From the NCBI RefSeq assembly GCF_000143415.4, contig NW_003314748.1, forward strand, positions 1 to 5,108: a DNA stretch of 5,108 bases, read 5' to 3'. Numbering within the stretch: the first letter of the stretch is position 1; the number at the start of each line of letters is the position of its first letter. The position numbers and the translations under genes are program-made. This document shows, piece after piece, positions 4,094 to 5,108 of the stretch. The notes below the pieces were generated by a model that ran no database searches, was not told the DNA's origin, and saw nothing but the letters and a program-made list of their open reading frames with translations. This DNA comes from Selaginella moellendorffii. Its lineage: Eukaryota; Plantae; Lycopodiophyta.

Positions 4094-5108
4094 CTAGAGT
4101 TGGAAGGTCCCTGATTTTTCTGCAGGAGGGATCCACCCAATTCCATGGTATCTAGCGCTCGTCCATCCCCATTCTGCGTTTCCGGCCATCCACACCTCTA
4201 TCCCGTTCACATAGTCCATGACTCCTTGCTTCATGGCAGGCCCACTTGAAATGATCTCATGCTTTGTCCGAGTGAAATCCTTCTCCAAATCCTCCACCAT
4301 GCTCGCAACCTTGCCGATTGCCTCGTTCAAGCCACACTTACAATTGCTGGCGAGAATGGTCACGGTGTTGAGGTAGTTTCCACTCGCCCACTCCTTCCTG
4401 AGCAAGATCAAGTCATTGTGGAGCGCAATGTGGTGCGTCCCAATCTCCTCAACCTTGCGTATGAGAGGATGATCCAGCACGCCACGCTCCTCCAGCCTAA
4501 GTTGCAGTAAACCATCAATCAGAGCAAAGCAAGGAGCCACACCAGATGTGATCTCTCTCAGCCAGAGGTACGTATCCAGGTTGGGAATGATTTGCTTGCG
4601 AAGCCAGCTCGATTCAATCTCAAACATGTCGAGCACCTTGGTCATAGCATCCACGAATCGGCCTGATTCATCCACTATATGGAGGGACAGTTCTTCCAAA
4701 ACCTCAGCTAACATCTTCATTTGCCTCAGCAACTCCGGATTTTTCACTGGAAGTGTGGCCTCGTCAAATCTTCCCTTGAAAACCATCTTGTATGCGGTTG
4801 CCACATATCTTATGTCTGACGAGGAGATCTCCGGGCTATCCAGAATGTCATCTGCAAGAAAGAACCAAGCGATGAACTTTGCAACCGGAACAATCTTCTC
4901 GTATGGAATGGTCGGGTAAACATAAGCCGCGAGCAATCCAAGCCTGCTTTCTTGAACAAACACAGCTTTCTCGCTTCCAGGTTGCAACTTCAGAAACTCC
5001 GCGCACCACGCATTGATCTGAGCGTCGGCCTTTGCATCGTACAGCGGATTCAGCACTGGAGAGGCAAGAGTTTACACACTGGTGGAATGGAATAGCTTTT
5101 CTCCACTG
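4094..5108 (-). pseudogene. MTPSL: Microbial terpene synthase-like (MTPSL; alpha-domain-only class I terpene synthase) gene, 5' end outside window, apparently frameshifted
   Basis: DDILD (DDxxD) at 4838-4852, pyrophosphate-sensor Arg in LREITSG, NSE-type motif NDLILLRKE at 4391-4417, and terminal WxxxxxRY (WGWTSARY). No introns and no beta/gamma domains. From memory it closely resembles characterised Selaginella moellendorffii MTPSL mono/sesquiterpene synthases. The ORF-track start is a GTG with an in-frame TAA at 5072-5074; the N-terminal peptide VEKSYSIPPVCKL is in another frame that stops at TGA 5050-5052. Family call is very secure; pseudogene status depends on the indel being real. Confidence 0.88.

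Noticed and set aside
4259-4919. Plus-strand ORFs 4259..4510 and 4548..4919
   Set aside because: Antisense to the terpene synthase CDS.
5054-5056. GTG as the MTPSL start codon
   Set aside because: Artefact of alternative-start ORF calling; it is an internal Val, and the N-terminus continues upstream in another frame.
1666-5108. Bacterial operon or terpene biosynthetic gene cluster
   Set aside because: Spliceosomal introns and PLS-PPRs show plant nuclear DNA. There is no P450, prenyltransferase or tailoring enzyme in the window, and PPCS is a dead fragment, so a CoA-terpene functional link is unsupported.

Overview
This is eukaryotic (land-plant) nuclear DNA, most likely the lycophyte Selaginella. 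That is an inference from a microbial-type terpene synthase, a PLS-class PPR gene made almost entirely of 31-aa short motifs, and 49-77 bp spliceosomal introns. All four recognisable genes lie on the minus strand. From right to left: (1) an intronless microbial terpene synthase-like (MTPSL) gene whose 5' end runs off the window, with a 1-bp frameshift near 5063-5070 and a Ser->Leu change in the NSE metal-binding motif; (2) 43 bp downstream, an uninterrupted 499-aa PLS-E PPR ORF with no DYW domain and no evident transit peptide; (3) about 60 bp further on, a 7-exon/6-intron phosphopantothenate--cysteine ligase (PPCS/CoaB) pseudogene that the ORF track almost entirely misses, with several lesions, a GC-AG intron and truncation at both ends; (4) after an ~800-bp AT-rich, CpG-poor block, a frameshifted fragment of a P-class PPR gene. 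The window reads as a co-oriented mosaic of duplicated, decaying gene pieces around one apparently intact PPR. I see no firm evidence of a new biological system; the best leads are the tight MTPSL-PPR-PPCS junctions and how the mosaic was assembled.
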